From Stegostoma tigrinum (taxonomy: Eukaryota), in assembly GCF_030684315.1 (NCBI RefSeq), contig NC_081391.1:21350629-21414628 (forward strand): 64,000 bases of DNA, written 5' to 3'. The notes beneath the pieces are model-generated. The model did not search any database and was not told where the DNA came from. It was given only the letters and a program-made list of their open reading frames with translations. Both the position numbers and the translations under genes were made by a program. Within the stretch, counting starts at the first letter, position 1. Each line of letters begins with the position of its first letter. Positions 28,479 to 48,401 of this stretch are shown one piece after another.

Positions 28479-29670
28479 TGAACCTTGTGTTTTCAAATTG
28501 AGGCATCGAGTATAAAAGCAACGAATTGATGTTACACCTCTACAAATCATTGGTTAGACCACATTTCAATTATGTACTCAGTTCTGGGCGTGGCATTCAA
28601 GGAAGGACAAGAAGAACCTCCAAAAGAGTTCAAAGGAGATTTATCAGAATGACCCCAGGAATGAGGAATTTTAGATACACGGAAAGATTAAGGAAAATGG
28701 GGTGAATTTCCTTGCAGGTGACCTTATTGAGAGGTGACCCTGTTGACGTGATCAAAACTATGAACAATTTTGATAGAGTAAACAGGATATTCTGATTTCA
28801 GCAGTTGACTTGTCAGTGACGAGAGTTCACAGTTTGTCAGTAGGGGAGATCAGAGTGAAATGGGAAGAAACCTCTTTGCTCAGAAAGTTGATCCCCTAAC
28901 TCAGTCCCATCTTCCCTCTCTCTCTCCATACTCTTTGATCCCTGCAGCCCTCAAAGCTACACCCAACTGCTCCTGGAAAACATTCAAAGTTTTGGCCTCA
29001 AATGTTTTCTGTGGCACAGAATTCCACAGGACCCCCACTCTCTCGGTGAAGAGATTTCTCCTCATCTCAGTCCTAAATGTGTCCTTAGGCTGTGACCCCT
29101 GATCCTAAACTTTTCCATCATCAGGAACATCCTTCCTGTCTTTTCCACAGTTGACACTATGACAATTTTCGATGACCCCGAGCCAATTTCCCACCTTTCT
29201 TTCCCAAATCCCAGCACAACAGGCTGAGAAACTGACACTCCCCTTCCTCAATGAGTCCCTTCTGCAGTTGATCACAACCACCATAATTTAAAAACAAAAC
29301 GAGCAATCTTTTCTCAAACCATATTTACTTCTTTCAAAAAAGAACCAAATGACCTATGACCTGAGTGAGTGGTGCAGAAGGTTTGAGATGCCGAATGGCC
29401 TCCTGCTGTTCCAATCACAGAATAACCATCCAGACCTGGCTCTCATCTCCACCTCTGATCAGCTCTGCTTAACACACCCTCCCCCTCTCTCTCATTGGTG
29501 CCGCTATGCATGGGTGGCTCCTGATTGGCTAGCAGCAACTGTCAGTCATCATCAGTTCGGTCTCCCTCTGGGTGAGTGCCGGTTGTCTCAGGAGTAGAAA
29601 CACAACAGCTTTGGGGATTGAGGCCTTTGTTCCAGAGTTGTCCTTGTGATTGTGAGCAGGAATAGTGAAG

Positions 29671-32063
<2,393 letters not shown>

Positions 32064-34249
32064 ATGGGGTCAATATCTATATCTGTTGTACATGGTGACC
32101 TCATTCTACTAAATGACTAGTTGTGCTCTGAGCAAATTAAAATAGTATTCACCATGGAATTGAGTACAGTGTGTAATTTCCATAGCTTCTGGTTCTTGGA
32201 GCTTTTTGTGCTGTCATGTCTGATCATCAATCCTTTGTTCTTTGTGACATCCTTTGATTCAATGCCTGCCCCAGTAACTTGCTCAGTGTTTGATTCTGCT
32301 GTGTCTGGGGATTGAGTGGGCAATCCTTTTATTGGAAATTCCATAACTGGTAAGGTTGTTGACAGATAAGTCAGCATTACTGACATCCACTCGCAGGGAC
32401 AAGTTTGCAGGACCAGCTTCCAATCAATGCACTGACTGAAATCAGTCCTTTGCCTAAAGGGTAGGCACTGATCTAATGCACTGCCCTTGGTCATGTGTTT
32501 GGGTCTCTTTTTAAATAAGCAGATTCTGGAAACCAGGATCAAAACCTGCTGGGAAATCTCAGGTTTGGCAGCATTGGGAGGGAGAAGGGTTGAACAGAAC
32601 CTGGCCATGAGACACGTGATCATCTCTTGTTTGATTTTGTTGCCTGACAGTGAGGTGTTTTCCAGCAATTTGTTCTAATGCCTTGGTGTTACTCATTTTC
32701 GTAAATCGTAAAATTCCTCCTCCCAAAGAGTAAGATAGAATGCTTTTCCGCAGTTTTTTTCTTTGACATAAGCAATTGCTTATTGCACTCTTCCCTGAGC
32801 TAGGGAATTAGTTTCTTCAGTATCTCCTTCTTACATGTAAGAGAAAGGAAACATCTACCTTGTCTTACAATGCTAAAGATGATGAGGAACTGCGTTGGGA
32901 ATGAAGCAGTGCCCCCCCTTGTTGCCTGTGTGATAATTTCTATTATTACCCTGCAACGAAGAGGTGACAAATACTGAGGATGCTTGGTGCAAAAGCAAGC
33001 TAAAATGCAACGAGCATGTGCAGAAATCAGCAGTTTCAATTTTCAAGCAGATCAGATCGCCTGCTGTCGACTGGCTGATCTGTGACTCCACACAGTGCAC
33101 GCTGGGGGCCTAATCACTATCAATCAGCCCTGAATTACAATGTGACTGGTTTGTGTAAGTGCTTTAACAGGATCAGGCTATCACTGACGGGCAGCATTTA
33201 TTATCCATCTCTGATTACCCACCCAGCCCATGAGTAATTCAAATTAAACCCCTTTGCTGTGGCCGTGGGGTTACACATAAGCCAGAGCAGGTAAGGATGG
33301 CAGTTTCTTACAAACAAGGACATTAGTGAACTAGAAGAGGCTTGTTTGCACCATCACTTCTGGAATGAGAATGATGTGCAGGAAATTCAGTGATGTCAGA
33401 CAGAATCAGGAAAACAGGTTGCAGTCTAACACTACAGAATGTTGACAGCCTCCAGCAAACGAGCAGCCACTTTAGTCAATCCTTCCACCACTGACATACG
33501 CAGAGACTGCAATATATACCATCTACCAAATGCTGTAGGAATCCACCAAAGCTCCTCAGACAGCTTCTTAAAACCATAACTACTTTCCATCGGACAAGGG
33601 CCGCAGAAATGTGGGAACACCATGCCTCTCCACGTTCTACACTAAGCCACTGCTCATCTGGCGTTGGAAACATAGCCCCACATTCCCTCCCTAACAGCAG
33701 TATGGCTTTGCCTACACCAAATGGGCAACAGTAACGCAAGAAGGAAAGTCACCACGTTCTCGAAACTAATGTTAGCCCTGATCTCTGAGGGGTTCAAATA
33801 CCTCTGGATGGAGAGGTATTGGTGAAATTGTCAAGTTCCTGTTCAACCACAGCCGGAGTGCACAGTTCTGGCAGGTACGACCCCGACAATGGTCATGCAC
33901 AGAATTTCTGGAAGTAACCTGGACAGAGAGATGGTTAATTCATCATAATGGCTTGTCCAGTCCCTCTGTGTAGAAGGTTAAGGGATGGCTGTAACTGATA
34001 TTGTTCAGAGGACTAACGGATTTGACAGGGTAGAGAGGAAAGAACCCATTTCTTCTCAATGATCATCTCGGACTGTGCGTAGAATGGGATGACAATCTTC
34101 ACATGAGAACTACATCATCCAGGATCATGTCAAAAACAGTTACTTTGTGGAAAGGACAACATTTGCACGCACAGATATTTACTGCACAAGGCTTGATGTT
34201 GCCAATCACTTTCCAATTTCAAGACATAAAAAAAAAAGTGAGTAATGCA

Positions 34250-34990
34250 TTTTTGTCCAAGAAACACAGAAAGACAAAACAGGCTCGATGTTACAAATCT
34301 GATGTGAGTACAGGAGCTCAGAGGCTTTCGGTTTCAAGTATGCGATTATCTGAAAGTGGTCAGGCAGGATGAAGCTGTTATTAATGGAGATTGAGCCACC
34401 TATGTGAACCTTGTGTTTTCAAATTGAGGCATCGAGAATAAAAGCAATGAATTGATATTGCACCTGTACAAATCATTGGTTAGACCACATTTCCATTATG
34501 TACTCAGTTCTGGGCATGGCATTCAACGCACGACATGAAAAACCTCAAAAGAGTTCAAAGGAGATTTATTAGAATGACCCCAGGAATGAGGAATTTTAGA
34601 TACACAGAAAGATGAAGGAAAATGGGCTAAATCTCCTTACAGGTGACCTTGTTGACATGATCAAAACTATGAACAATTTTGATAGAGTAAAAAGGATATT
34701 CTGATTTCAGCAGTTGACTTGTCAGTGACGAGGGGTCACAGTTTGTCAGTAGGGGAGATCAGAGTGAAATGGGAAGAAACCTCTTTGCTCAGAAAGTTGT
34801 TCGGATTTGGAATGTGCTGCCTGGAAGAGTGACGGAGGTCGATTCCATGGGTGGTTTCAAAACAAGAGTTGGATATGTCCTTGGAAGTGACGAATTTAGA
34901 GAGGGACAGAGATAGGGCTGGAAAGTGGGACTAATCAGGTAGCTCTTTCAGAAGCTAATACAGGAACGGTGGGCTGAACGGCCTCCTGTT
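34250..34990 (+). mobile_element. Old CR1 relic without the younger insertions (empty-site version)
   Basis: Single gtgaacc site and decayed ORF2 motifs. Paralogs at about 46150-46905 and 53920-54665. Confidence 0.55.
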
Positions 34991-35639
34991 GTGAAGAACG
35001 CTCTGAATTTCCACCCAGGAAATTCTGAGAGTTTGGGGACGGGGTTTGAATTCCACCTGTACAAGGCACCTTTAATGTGGGAAAGCTGTTACACATCAGC
35101 AGAGACATGGTCCTTTACACAAGGTAGACCCAGTTCCACTGGCAAAGAAATGTTGACTGGGGATCCCCCCACTGCTGGCCAACACCCACTGTCACAGCCA
35201 ACGATCGCACACACCTATCTTCCACCTGGATGGCCGCTGGGGACTGGTTTTGCATTGCACCTTATCAGGAGCCTCCCCTCGATCGTACCGTCCAGGGTGG
35301 CCCTGCCAGGAGGTGAAATCCTCTTCAGGTATCCCTCTCAGAACCAACAGAACACTCGAGGCTTTCCATCACTGCGAGGTGACAATCCACAGGCAGGAGC
35401 TGGAGGCAGGGAGATTCTGCTCAGGTACAGACCCGCCACAGAATCGGAGAATTGTTATGGCACAGCAGGAGGCCATTCGGTTCTTTGTGCCTGTACCTGT
35501 TCTGGTTGTTTTCTAAATCTGCCTGTAGAGATGATTTAAGAGCTCTGGATCTGGTAGGAACTTGTACCAAGGCCTCCTGGTCCACAGCTAGGGACATTAC
35601 CCCTAAACCACAAGACCCTAGCTGCGCTGGTTGCAGAAA

Positions 35640-36000
35640 CATAGGATCATAGAAAAGAAATGTTGAGTCGGCCATTCATCCCTTCCAGCCGGCTCTGCCA
35701 TTCCATGTGATTGTGGCTGATTCCATAACTCGGCACCATATTCTCACCCTCTCTGCAATCCCCTTTGATCCAGCCCTCAAAGCTCTCCCCAATTCCTGTT
35801 TTGGCTTCAATCCTTTTCTGTGGCAGAGAATTCCACAGGTTCCACCACTTCGCCCCCCGAGGTGAAGAGATTTCTCCTCACCTCAGTCCTAAACGTATCC
35901 TTAGATTGCAAACCCTGGTCCTGGCCTCCCCCATAATCAGGAACATCCTTCCTGTCTTTTCCACAGCAGACACTGTTATAATTTTTCTATGACCCAGAGA
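35640..36000 (-). mobile_element. Minus-strand CR1 relic
   Basis: Paralog of 11135-11500. Also at about 47560-47910 and 61740-62110, and partially at 28890-29180. Confidence 0.55.
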
Positions 36001-36224
36001 CAATTTCCCACCCTTCTTTCCCAAATCCCAGCACAACAAGCTGAGAAACGGATGCCCCTCTTCCTCATTGAATCCCTCGTGCATTTGGTCACAACCACCT
36101 TAATTTTTAAAAAATGTGTAACTTTTTTGAAACCAAATTGACTTCTTTTAGAAAAGAACCAAATGATCTATGACCTGATTGAGTGGTGCAGAAGGTTTGA
36201 GATGCCGAATGGCCTCCTGCTGTT

Positions 36225-36416
36225 CCAATCACAGAATAACCATCCAGACCTGGCTCTCATCTCCACCTCTGATCAGCTCTGCTTAACACACCCTCCCCCT
36301 CTCTCTCATTGGTGCCTGTATGCAGGGGTGGTTCCTGATTGGCCACCAGCAACTGTCAGTCATCATCAGTTCTGCCTCTCTCTGTGTGACTGCAGGATGG
36401 TCCCAGGACTATAAAT
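36225..36416 (+). promoter_or_regulatory. Ferritin copy 7 promoter
   Basis: CCAAT at 36225, ATTGG at 36308 and 36338, TATAAAT at 36410-36416. ATG at 36487. Confidence 0.65.
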
Positions 36417-36486
36417 ACAAGAGCCTGTGGAAGAGAGAGACTTAGTTCTAGAGTTTTCTTGGTGCTTGTGAGCAGGAATAGTGAAG

Positions 36487-38877
<2,391 letters not shown>

Positions 38878-40958
38878 GTGAGGTCAATAATGTGTCTGTT
38901 GTACATGGTGACATAATGCTAGTAACTTGGTTGTGCTCTGAGCAAATTAAAATAGTGTTCACCATGGAACTGAGTACTTTGTATAATTTCACAGCTGCTT
39001 CTGGCTCTTGGTATTGCTGTTTGACACCTGATCATTAATTCCTTTTCTGTTCTGATTAACCTTTGATTCAATGCCTGCCCCAGTCGTCTGCTCCTTTTCT
39101 CTTGTTTGTAGGAATTAGGTGGGCAATCCTTGCAGTGGAAATTCCACAAGTGTTCAATTTGGGTTTTTGGCTAGTAAGCAGTGTTGTGTTGACTTTTTTA
39201 TTCCAAACCAGCTTCTAGTCAATATCTTCAGTGAAACCAGCCCCCTGTCTCAATGTTAGACACTGCCCTTGGCAATGTTCAAGTCTCTTTTGTAAATAAG
39301 CAGGGGCAGGAAATAGCAGGTTTGGGGAGCATCTGTGGAGAGAACTGTTCTCAGTCCCAGGACCCAAGATACAGTCACATCTCGTGACAGATGTTGCCAG
39401 ACCTGTGAGGCTTTCCAGCAATTTTTTTGTCGCACTTCAAATCTAGCAATTTGAGCATACTTTCACTCTTTTGAACAGGAATATATAGTGGAACATCCAG
39501 CATCTAAGATGCACTGATCTTTAGCACTTTAGATAAGCAATTGTTTCCAGAGCTGGGAAATAGTTTACTCTCTTTTGCTGCAGTGGGGGAAGGAGTAAGG
39601 GCACTGCCTGATTGTAGGAGAATGGCAAAATTTGTTTTCTCGTGTATCAGTCTTTCTGCTTCTAGACAATGATCCTCATTATGTAATGCAGCAGTGCCCA
39701 CCTTGGAGCCCCTGTGGTAGAACTTCTATCATTGCTCTGCAATGTAGAGATGCCAAAGGCTCAGGACACCTAGTAAAAATAAAGCTAGAATGCAAATGCC
39801 ACTAGCAGAAAGCAGCAGTTTGTGTGCTTAGCAAGGAAATAAGCTCTCCTGATGTACGCTGACCGGCATGTACCTCCACCTGCAATGTGCTATGGCTGCC
39901 TAATTACTGGTGCTCAGGGGTGACAGTTTCCTTTATTTAAAGGATGAGGATGTCTCTGAGCTGACACCATTTATTTATCCATTGCTCATTGTCCCCAAGG
40001 CCAGGTCAGAGTCACACACGTGGCTGTGGTTGCAGCGTCATACGCAGGCCAGGTAAGGATGGGTTTTTGACACTGAATATAATGCTCCTCATCAGCTTCT
40101 TAATTCTAGAACTCCAGAGAGTTGTCGCACAGAATTAGGAGATCATTCCACCACTCCAGAAACTTGATGGCCTCCAGCAGCCACTAGATGCATTCTTTGC
40201 ACCACTGACACACACGGAGTACACTGTGTACCGCCTCCCAAAAGCTGGAGAAATCCACCAAAGCTCCTGAGAATACTTTCCAAAGCCCTAATTACTTGCC
40301 ATGGGAGAAAGGCATCTGATACAGGGGAAAACCACCCCCTCTAAGTTCTCCATCAAGCTACCTGCCATCCTGAGTTGGAAACACAACACCCCATTCTCCA
40401 GTGTCGGTGGATCAGAATCCTGGAATTCCCTCACTAGGAACATTGTGGATCTGACTACAGCAATTAAAGAAGGAAAGCCACCCCATTCTCTCATGGTGGG
40501 TGTGATCTCCGAGCGGGTCAAATACCTCTGGCTGGGCCGCCTTTGGTGAAATTGTCAAGTTCTAGCTCAACTCCATCTCGAGTGCATGGTTCTAGTAGGT
40601 TCAATCCAAAGATGCTTATGCACAGAATTTCTGGAATGAACCTGGGCAGAAAGTTAATTGGCTACGATGATAATCGTTTTCCCAAGTCCCTCGATGTAGA
40701 AGTGGACGGGATGTCTGTGCTTGAAATTTACAAGTGGATTCATGGATTTGACAGGGTAGATAGAGAGATCCTGCTTCTTTTCAATTCACATCCAGGACTG
40801 AGAGGGGGGAATATGATTACATTCCTAGCAGTAGAAGTAAATCATCCATGATAAAGCAAAAAACAGCTGCTTTTTGGAAAGGATAATATGTGAATGAGCA
40901 GTTAGATATTTATTCGGTAAGATGTTGATGTTGCCAATCACTTTCCCATTGGAACATA

Positions 40959-42134
40959 TGACCAAACAGGTAGATGAGAGTAAACCGGTTGATGTGGTGT
41001 ATATGCATTTCGGCAAGGCGTTCGATTAGGCTCCCCACAGTAGGCTATTGTACAAAATGCGGAGGAATGGGATTGTGGGAGATATAGCAGTTTGGATCAG
41101 AAATTGGCTTGCTGAAAGAAGACAGGGTGGTGGTTGATGGGAAATGTTCATCCTGGAGACCGGTTACTCGCGGTGTACCGCAAGGGTCCGTGTTGGGTCC
41201 ACTGCTGTTTGTCATTTTTATAAACGTAGAAGGATGGGTTAGTAAATTTGCAGATGACACTAAGGTCGGTGGAGATGTGGGTAGTGACGAAGAATGTTGT
41301 AGGTTACAGAGAGACGTGGATAAGTTGCAGAGCTGGGCTGAGAGGTGGCAAATGGAGGTTAATGCCGACAAGTGTGAGGTGATGCACTTTGGTAGGAGGA
41401 ACCGGAAGGCAAAGTACTGTAAGATTCTTGGTAGTGTAGATGAGCAGCGAGATCTCGGTGACCATGTACACAGATCCTTGAAAGTTGCCACCCAGGTTGA
41501 CAGGGTTGTTAAGAAGGCATACAGTGTTTTAGCTTTTATGAATACAGGGATCGTGTTCCGGAACCAAGAGGTTATGCTGCAGCTGTACAAAACTCTTGTG
41601 CGGCCGCACTTGTAGCATTGCGTACAGTTCTGGTCACCGCATTATAAGAAGGATGTGGAAGTTTTGGAAAGGGTGCAGAGGAGGTTTACTGGGATGTTGC
41701 CTGGTATGGAGGGAAAGTCTTACGAGCAAAGGCTGAGGGACTTGAGGCTGTTTTCGTTAGAGAAAAGAAGGTTGAGAGGTGACTTAATTGAGACATCTAA
41801 GATAATCAAAGGGTTAGACAGGTTGGATAGGGAGAGCCTTTTTCCCAAGACGGAGACAGCGAGCACGAGGGGCATAGCTTTAAATTGAGGGGTGAAAGAT
41901 ATACGACAGATGTCAGAGGTAGTTTCTTTACTCAGAGAATAGCAAGGGTGTGGAACGTTTTGCCTGCAACGGTAGGAGATTCACCAACGTTAAGTACGTT
42001 TAAGTTGTCATTGGACAAGCATATGGACGTACATGGAATAGTGTAGGTTAGATGAGCTTCAGATCGGTATGACAGGTCGGCACAACGTCAAGGGCCGAAG
42101 GGCCTGTACTGTGCTGTCATGTTCTCTGTTCTAT
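40959..42134 (+). mobile_element. 5'-truncated CR1 LINE (type a) with TSD AACATA
   Basis: RT motifs. Near-identical to 16951-18126. Confidence 0.92.
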
Positions 42135-42156
42135 AACATAAAAGATGAATGCATTT

Positions 42157-42683
42157 AAGATTATTTTCATTAGAAGGGTGATGGGGTCGGGGGGGAACCT
42201 GACTGAGGTCAACAAAATCATGAGAACTATAGACAAGGTGAATAGCAAGAAGCTTTTTCCCAGAGTCGGGGATTCAATGACTCGGAGTCATGAGTTCAAA
42301 ATAAGAGCAAAGTTTCGAGGGGATTTGGTTAGATTGCCTACAGTGTGGAAACAGGCCCTTTAAGCCAAAAATGTCCACACTGGCCCTTGAAGCATCCCAC
42401 CAAAACCCCCCACACTTCTGAACGCTACGGGCAATTTATCATGTGGATGTGTGGCAAGCTCTTTACGCAGAGGTTGGAGGGTGCCTGGCACACTTTGCCT
42501 GTGGAGGTGGTAGACGAAGTCACGCAAGTGTCTTTTTAAGATGTATCAGGACAGGTACATGGATGGGCAGGGAGCAAAGGGATACTGACCCTAGAAAAGA
42601 GATGACAGACTTACACAGGATCTCGATCGGTGCAGGCTTGGAGGGCCGAAGGGCCTGTTCCTGTGCTGTGATTTTCTTTGTTC
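42157..42683 (+). mobile_element. Intron-1 CR1 fragment with nested SINE
   Basis: Near-identical to 18149-18675 and 23097-23622. Confidence 0.65.
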
Positions 42684-42786
42684 TTAAATGTGGAATCAAG
42701 ATAGTGACCAGGTTAGTTTCTGATTGAGGAGTGCCATTGATTAACATCAGATATGTTTCCCTTTCCTGCCTTTCTCTTCCCCACGG

Positions 42787-43994
<1,208 letters not shown>

Positions 43995-46900
43995 ATGGGG
44001 TCAATATCTATATCTGTTGTACAAGGTGACCTCATTCTACTTAATGACTAGTTGTGCTCTGAGCAAATTAAAATAGTGTTCACCATGGAACTGAGCACAG
44101 TGTGTAATTTTCATAGCTTCTGGTTCTTGGAGCTTTTTGTGTTTTAATGTCTGATCATCAATCCTTTGTTCTTTGTGACAAGCTTTTGATTCAATGCCTG
44201 CCCCAGTAACTTGCTCAGTGTTTGATTCTGCTGTGTCTGGGGATTGAGTGGGCAATCCTTTTATTGGAAATTCCATAACTGGTAAGGTTGTTGACAGATA
44301 AATCAGCATTACTGACATGTACTCACAGGGACAAGTTTGCAGGACCAGCTTCTAATCAATACACTGACTGAAATCATTCCTTTGCCTAAAGGGTAGGCAC
44401 TGATCTAATGCACTGCCCTTGGCCATGTGTTTGCATCTCTTTTAAATAAGGAGATTCTGGAAACCAGGAACACAACCTGCTGGGAAATCTCAGGTTGGGC
44501 AGCATTGGTAGGGAGAAGGGTTGAACAGAACCTGGACATGAGACACTCAATCATCTCTTGATTGACTTTGTTGCCTGACAGTGAGGTGTTTTCCAGCAAT
44601 TTGTTCTCATGCCTAGATGTTAGTGATTTTAGTAGTTTGTAAAATTCCTCCTTACAAGACTAAGATACAATGCTTTTCCACAGTCTCTTTTTTTCTTTGA
44701 CATAAGCAATTGCTCATGTCATTGTTCCCAGAGCTAGGGAATTAGTTTCTTCAGTATTTCCTTTATACATGTAGGAGAAGGAAAAATCTACCTTCTCTTA
44801 GAATGCTAACGTCTAGGAACGGCCATGCGAATGAAGCGGTGCCCACCTCGTTCCCTGTGTGATAATTTCTATTATTACCCTGCAACGAAGAGGTGACAAA
44901 TACTGAGGATGCCTGGTGGAAAATCAAGCTAAAATACAAATACCATGTGCAGAATCGGCAGTTCCAATTTTTACGTTTATTAATCTTCAGCAGGAGAGCT
45001 GATCTGGCTGACCTGTGACTCCAAACAGTGCACTGTGGTGGCCTAATCACTATCAATCAGCCCTGAATTACAATGTGACTGGTTTGTGTAAGTGCTTTAA
45101 CAGGATCAGGCTATCACTGACAGGCAGCATTTATTATCCATCTCTGATTACCCACCCAGCCCATGAGTAATTCAAATTAAACCCCTTTGCTCTGCCTGTG
45201 GCGTTACGCAAAGGCCCGATCAGGTAAGGATGGCAGTTTCTTACGAACAAGGATATTAGTGAACCAGAAGAGGCTTGTTTGGACCATCTCTTCTGGAAAG
45301 AGAATGATGTGCATGAAATTCTGTCAAGTCAGACAGTATCAGGATTACAGGTGGCAGTCTAACACTCCAGAATGTTGACAGCCTCCAGCAAACGAGCAGC
45401 CACTTTCGTCTATCCTTCCACCACTGACATACGCAGAGACTGCAATATATACCATCTACCAAATGCTGTAGGAATCCACCAAAGCTCCTCAGCCAACTTC
45501 TTAAAACCGTAACTACTTTCCATCGGACAAGGGCAGATGATATGTGGGAACACCACGTTCTACACCAAACCACCGATCAGCTGGTGTTGGAAACATCGCT
45601 CCCAGGTTCCCTCCCGAACAGCAGTATGGGTTTGATTACACCAAATGGGCAACAGTAATGCAAGAAGGCAAGTCACCACATTCTCTAAACTAATGTTGGC
45701 CCTGATCTCTGAGGGGTTCAAATACCTCTGGATGAAGAGGTTTTGGTGAAATGGTCAAGTTCCTGTTCAACCACAGCCGGAGTGCACAGTTCTGGCAGGT
45801 TCGACCCAAAGATGGTTATGCACAGAATTTCTGGAAGTAACCTGGACAGAGAGATGGTTAATTCATGATAACGGCTTGTCTAGTCCCTCTGTGTAGGAAG
45901 TTAAGGGATGGCTGTAATTGATAATTTTCAGAGGATTAATGGATTTGACAGGGTAGAGAGGAAAGAACCCATTTCTTCTCAATGATCATCTCGGACTGTG
46001 CGCAGAATGGGATGACAATCTTCACATTAGAATTACATCATCCAGGATAATATCAAAAACAATTTCTTTGTGGAAAGGACAATATCTGCACACACAGATA
46101 TTTACTGCACAAGGTTTGATGTTGCCAATCACTTTCCAATTTCAACAAAAAAAAGTGAGTAATGCATTTTTGTCGAAGAAACACAAAGTCAAAACAGGCT
46201 CGATGTTACAAATCTGATGTGAGTACAGGAGCTCAGCGACTTTCAGTTTCAAGTATGTGATTATCTGAAAGTGGTCAGGCAGGATGAAGCTGTTATTAAT
46301 GGAGATTGAGCCACTTTTGTGAACCTTGTGTTTTCAAATTGAGGCATCGAGTATAAAAGCAACGAATTGATGTTACACCTCTACAAATCATTGGTTAGAC
46401 CACATTTCCATTATGTACTCAGTTCTGGGCGTGACATTCAAGGAAGGATGTGAAAAACCTCAAAAGTGTTCAAAGGTGATTTATTACGATGACCCCAGGA
46501 ATGGGGAATTTTAGATACACGGAAAGATTAAGGAAAATGGGGTAAATCTCCTTGTAGGTGACCTTATTGACGTGATCAAAACTATGATCAATTTTGTCAG
46601 AGTAAAGCAGGATATTCTGATTTCAGCAGTTGACTTGTCAGTGACGAGGGGTCACAGTTTGTCAGTAGGGGAGATCAGAGTGAAATGGTTAGAAAACTCT
46701 TTGCTCAGAAAGTTGTTCGGATTTGGAATGTGCTGCCTGGGAGAGTGACGGAGGTCGATTCCATGGTTGGTTTCAGAACAAGAGTTGGATATGTCCTTGG
46801 AAGTGACGAATTTAGAGAGTGACAGAGATAGGGCTGGGAAGTGAGACTAATCAGGTAGCTCTTTCAGAAGCTATTACAGGAACGGTGGGCTGAACGGCCT

Positions 46901-48324
46901 CCTGTTGTGAAAAACGCTCTGAATTTCCACTCAGGAAATTCTGAGAGTTTGGGGACGGGGTTTGAATTCCACCTGTAGAAGGCACCTTTAATGTGGGAAA
47001 GCTGTTACACGCCAGCAGAGACATGGTCCTTTACACAAGGTAGACCCAGTTCCACTGGCAAAGAAATGTTGACTGGGGATCCCCCCACTGCTGACCAACA
47101 CCCACTGTCACAGCCAACGATCGCACACACCTATCTTCCACCTGGATGGCCGCTGGGGACTGGTTTTGCATTGCACTTTATCAGGACCCTCCCCTCGATC
47201 GTACCATCCTGGGTGGCGCTGCCAGGAGGTGAAATCTTCTTCAGGTATCACTCTGAGAACCAACAGAACACTTGAGGCTCTCCATCACTGCGAGGTGACA
47301 ATCCACAGGCAGGAGCTGGAGGCAGGGAGATTCTGCTCAGGTACAGACCCACCACAGAATCGGAGAATTGTTATGGCACAGCAGGAGGCCATTCGGTCCT
47401 TTGTGCCTGTACCTGTTCTGGTTGTTTTCTAAATCTGCCTGTAGAGATGATTTAAGATCTCTGGATCTGGTAGGAACTTGTACCAAGGCCTCCTGGTCCA
47501 CAGCTAGGGACATGACCCCTTAACCACAAGACCCTGGCTGCGCTAGTTGCACAAACGTGGAATCATAGAAAATAAATGTTGAGTCGGCCATTCATCCCTT
47601 CCAGCCTGCTCTGCCATTCCATGTGATTGTGGCTGATTCCATAACTCAGCACCATATTCTCACCCTCTCTGCATTCCCTTTTGATCCAGCCCTCAAAGCT
47701 CTCCCCAATTCCTGTTTTGGCTTCAATCCTTTTCTGTGGCAGGGAATTCCACAGGATCCACCACCCCGCCCCCCGAGGTGAAGAGATTTCTCCTCACCTC
47801 AGTTCTAAATGTATCCTTAGACTGCAAACCCTGGTCCTGAACTCCCCCATAATCAGGAACATCCTTCCTGTCTTTTCCACAGCTGACACTGTTACAATTT
47901 TCTATGACCCAGAGACAATTTCCCAACTTTCTTTCCCAAATCCCAGCATAACAAGCTGAGAAACTGATGCCCCTCTTCCTCATTGAATCCCTCGTGCAGT
48001 TGCTCACAACCACCTTAATTTAAAAAAATGTGAAAACTTTTCTCAAACCAAATTGACTTATTTTAAAAAAGAACCAAATAACACACGACCTGAGTGAGTG
48101 GTGCAGAAGGTTTGAGATGCCGAATGGCCTCCTGCTGTTCCAATCACAGAATAACCATCCAGACCTGGCTCTCATCTCCACCTCTGATCAGCTCTGCTTA
48201 ACACACCCTCCCCCTCTCTCTCATTGGTGCCTGTATGCAGGGGTGGTTCCTGATTGGCCGGCAGCAACTGTCAGTCATCATCAGTTCTGCCTCTCTCTGT
48301 GTGACTGCAGGATGGTCCCAGGAC

Positions 48325-48331
48325 TATAAAT
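48325..48331 (+). promoter_or_regulatory. TATA box of ferritin copy 9
   Basis: TATAAAT 77 nt upstream of the ATG at 48402, preceded by the conserved CCAAT block. Confidence 0.65.
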
Positions 48332-48401
48332 ACAAGAGCCTGTGGGAGAGAGAGACTTAGTTCTAGAGTTTTCTTGGTGCTTGTGAGCAGGAATAGTGAA
48401 G

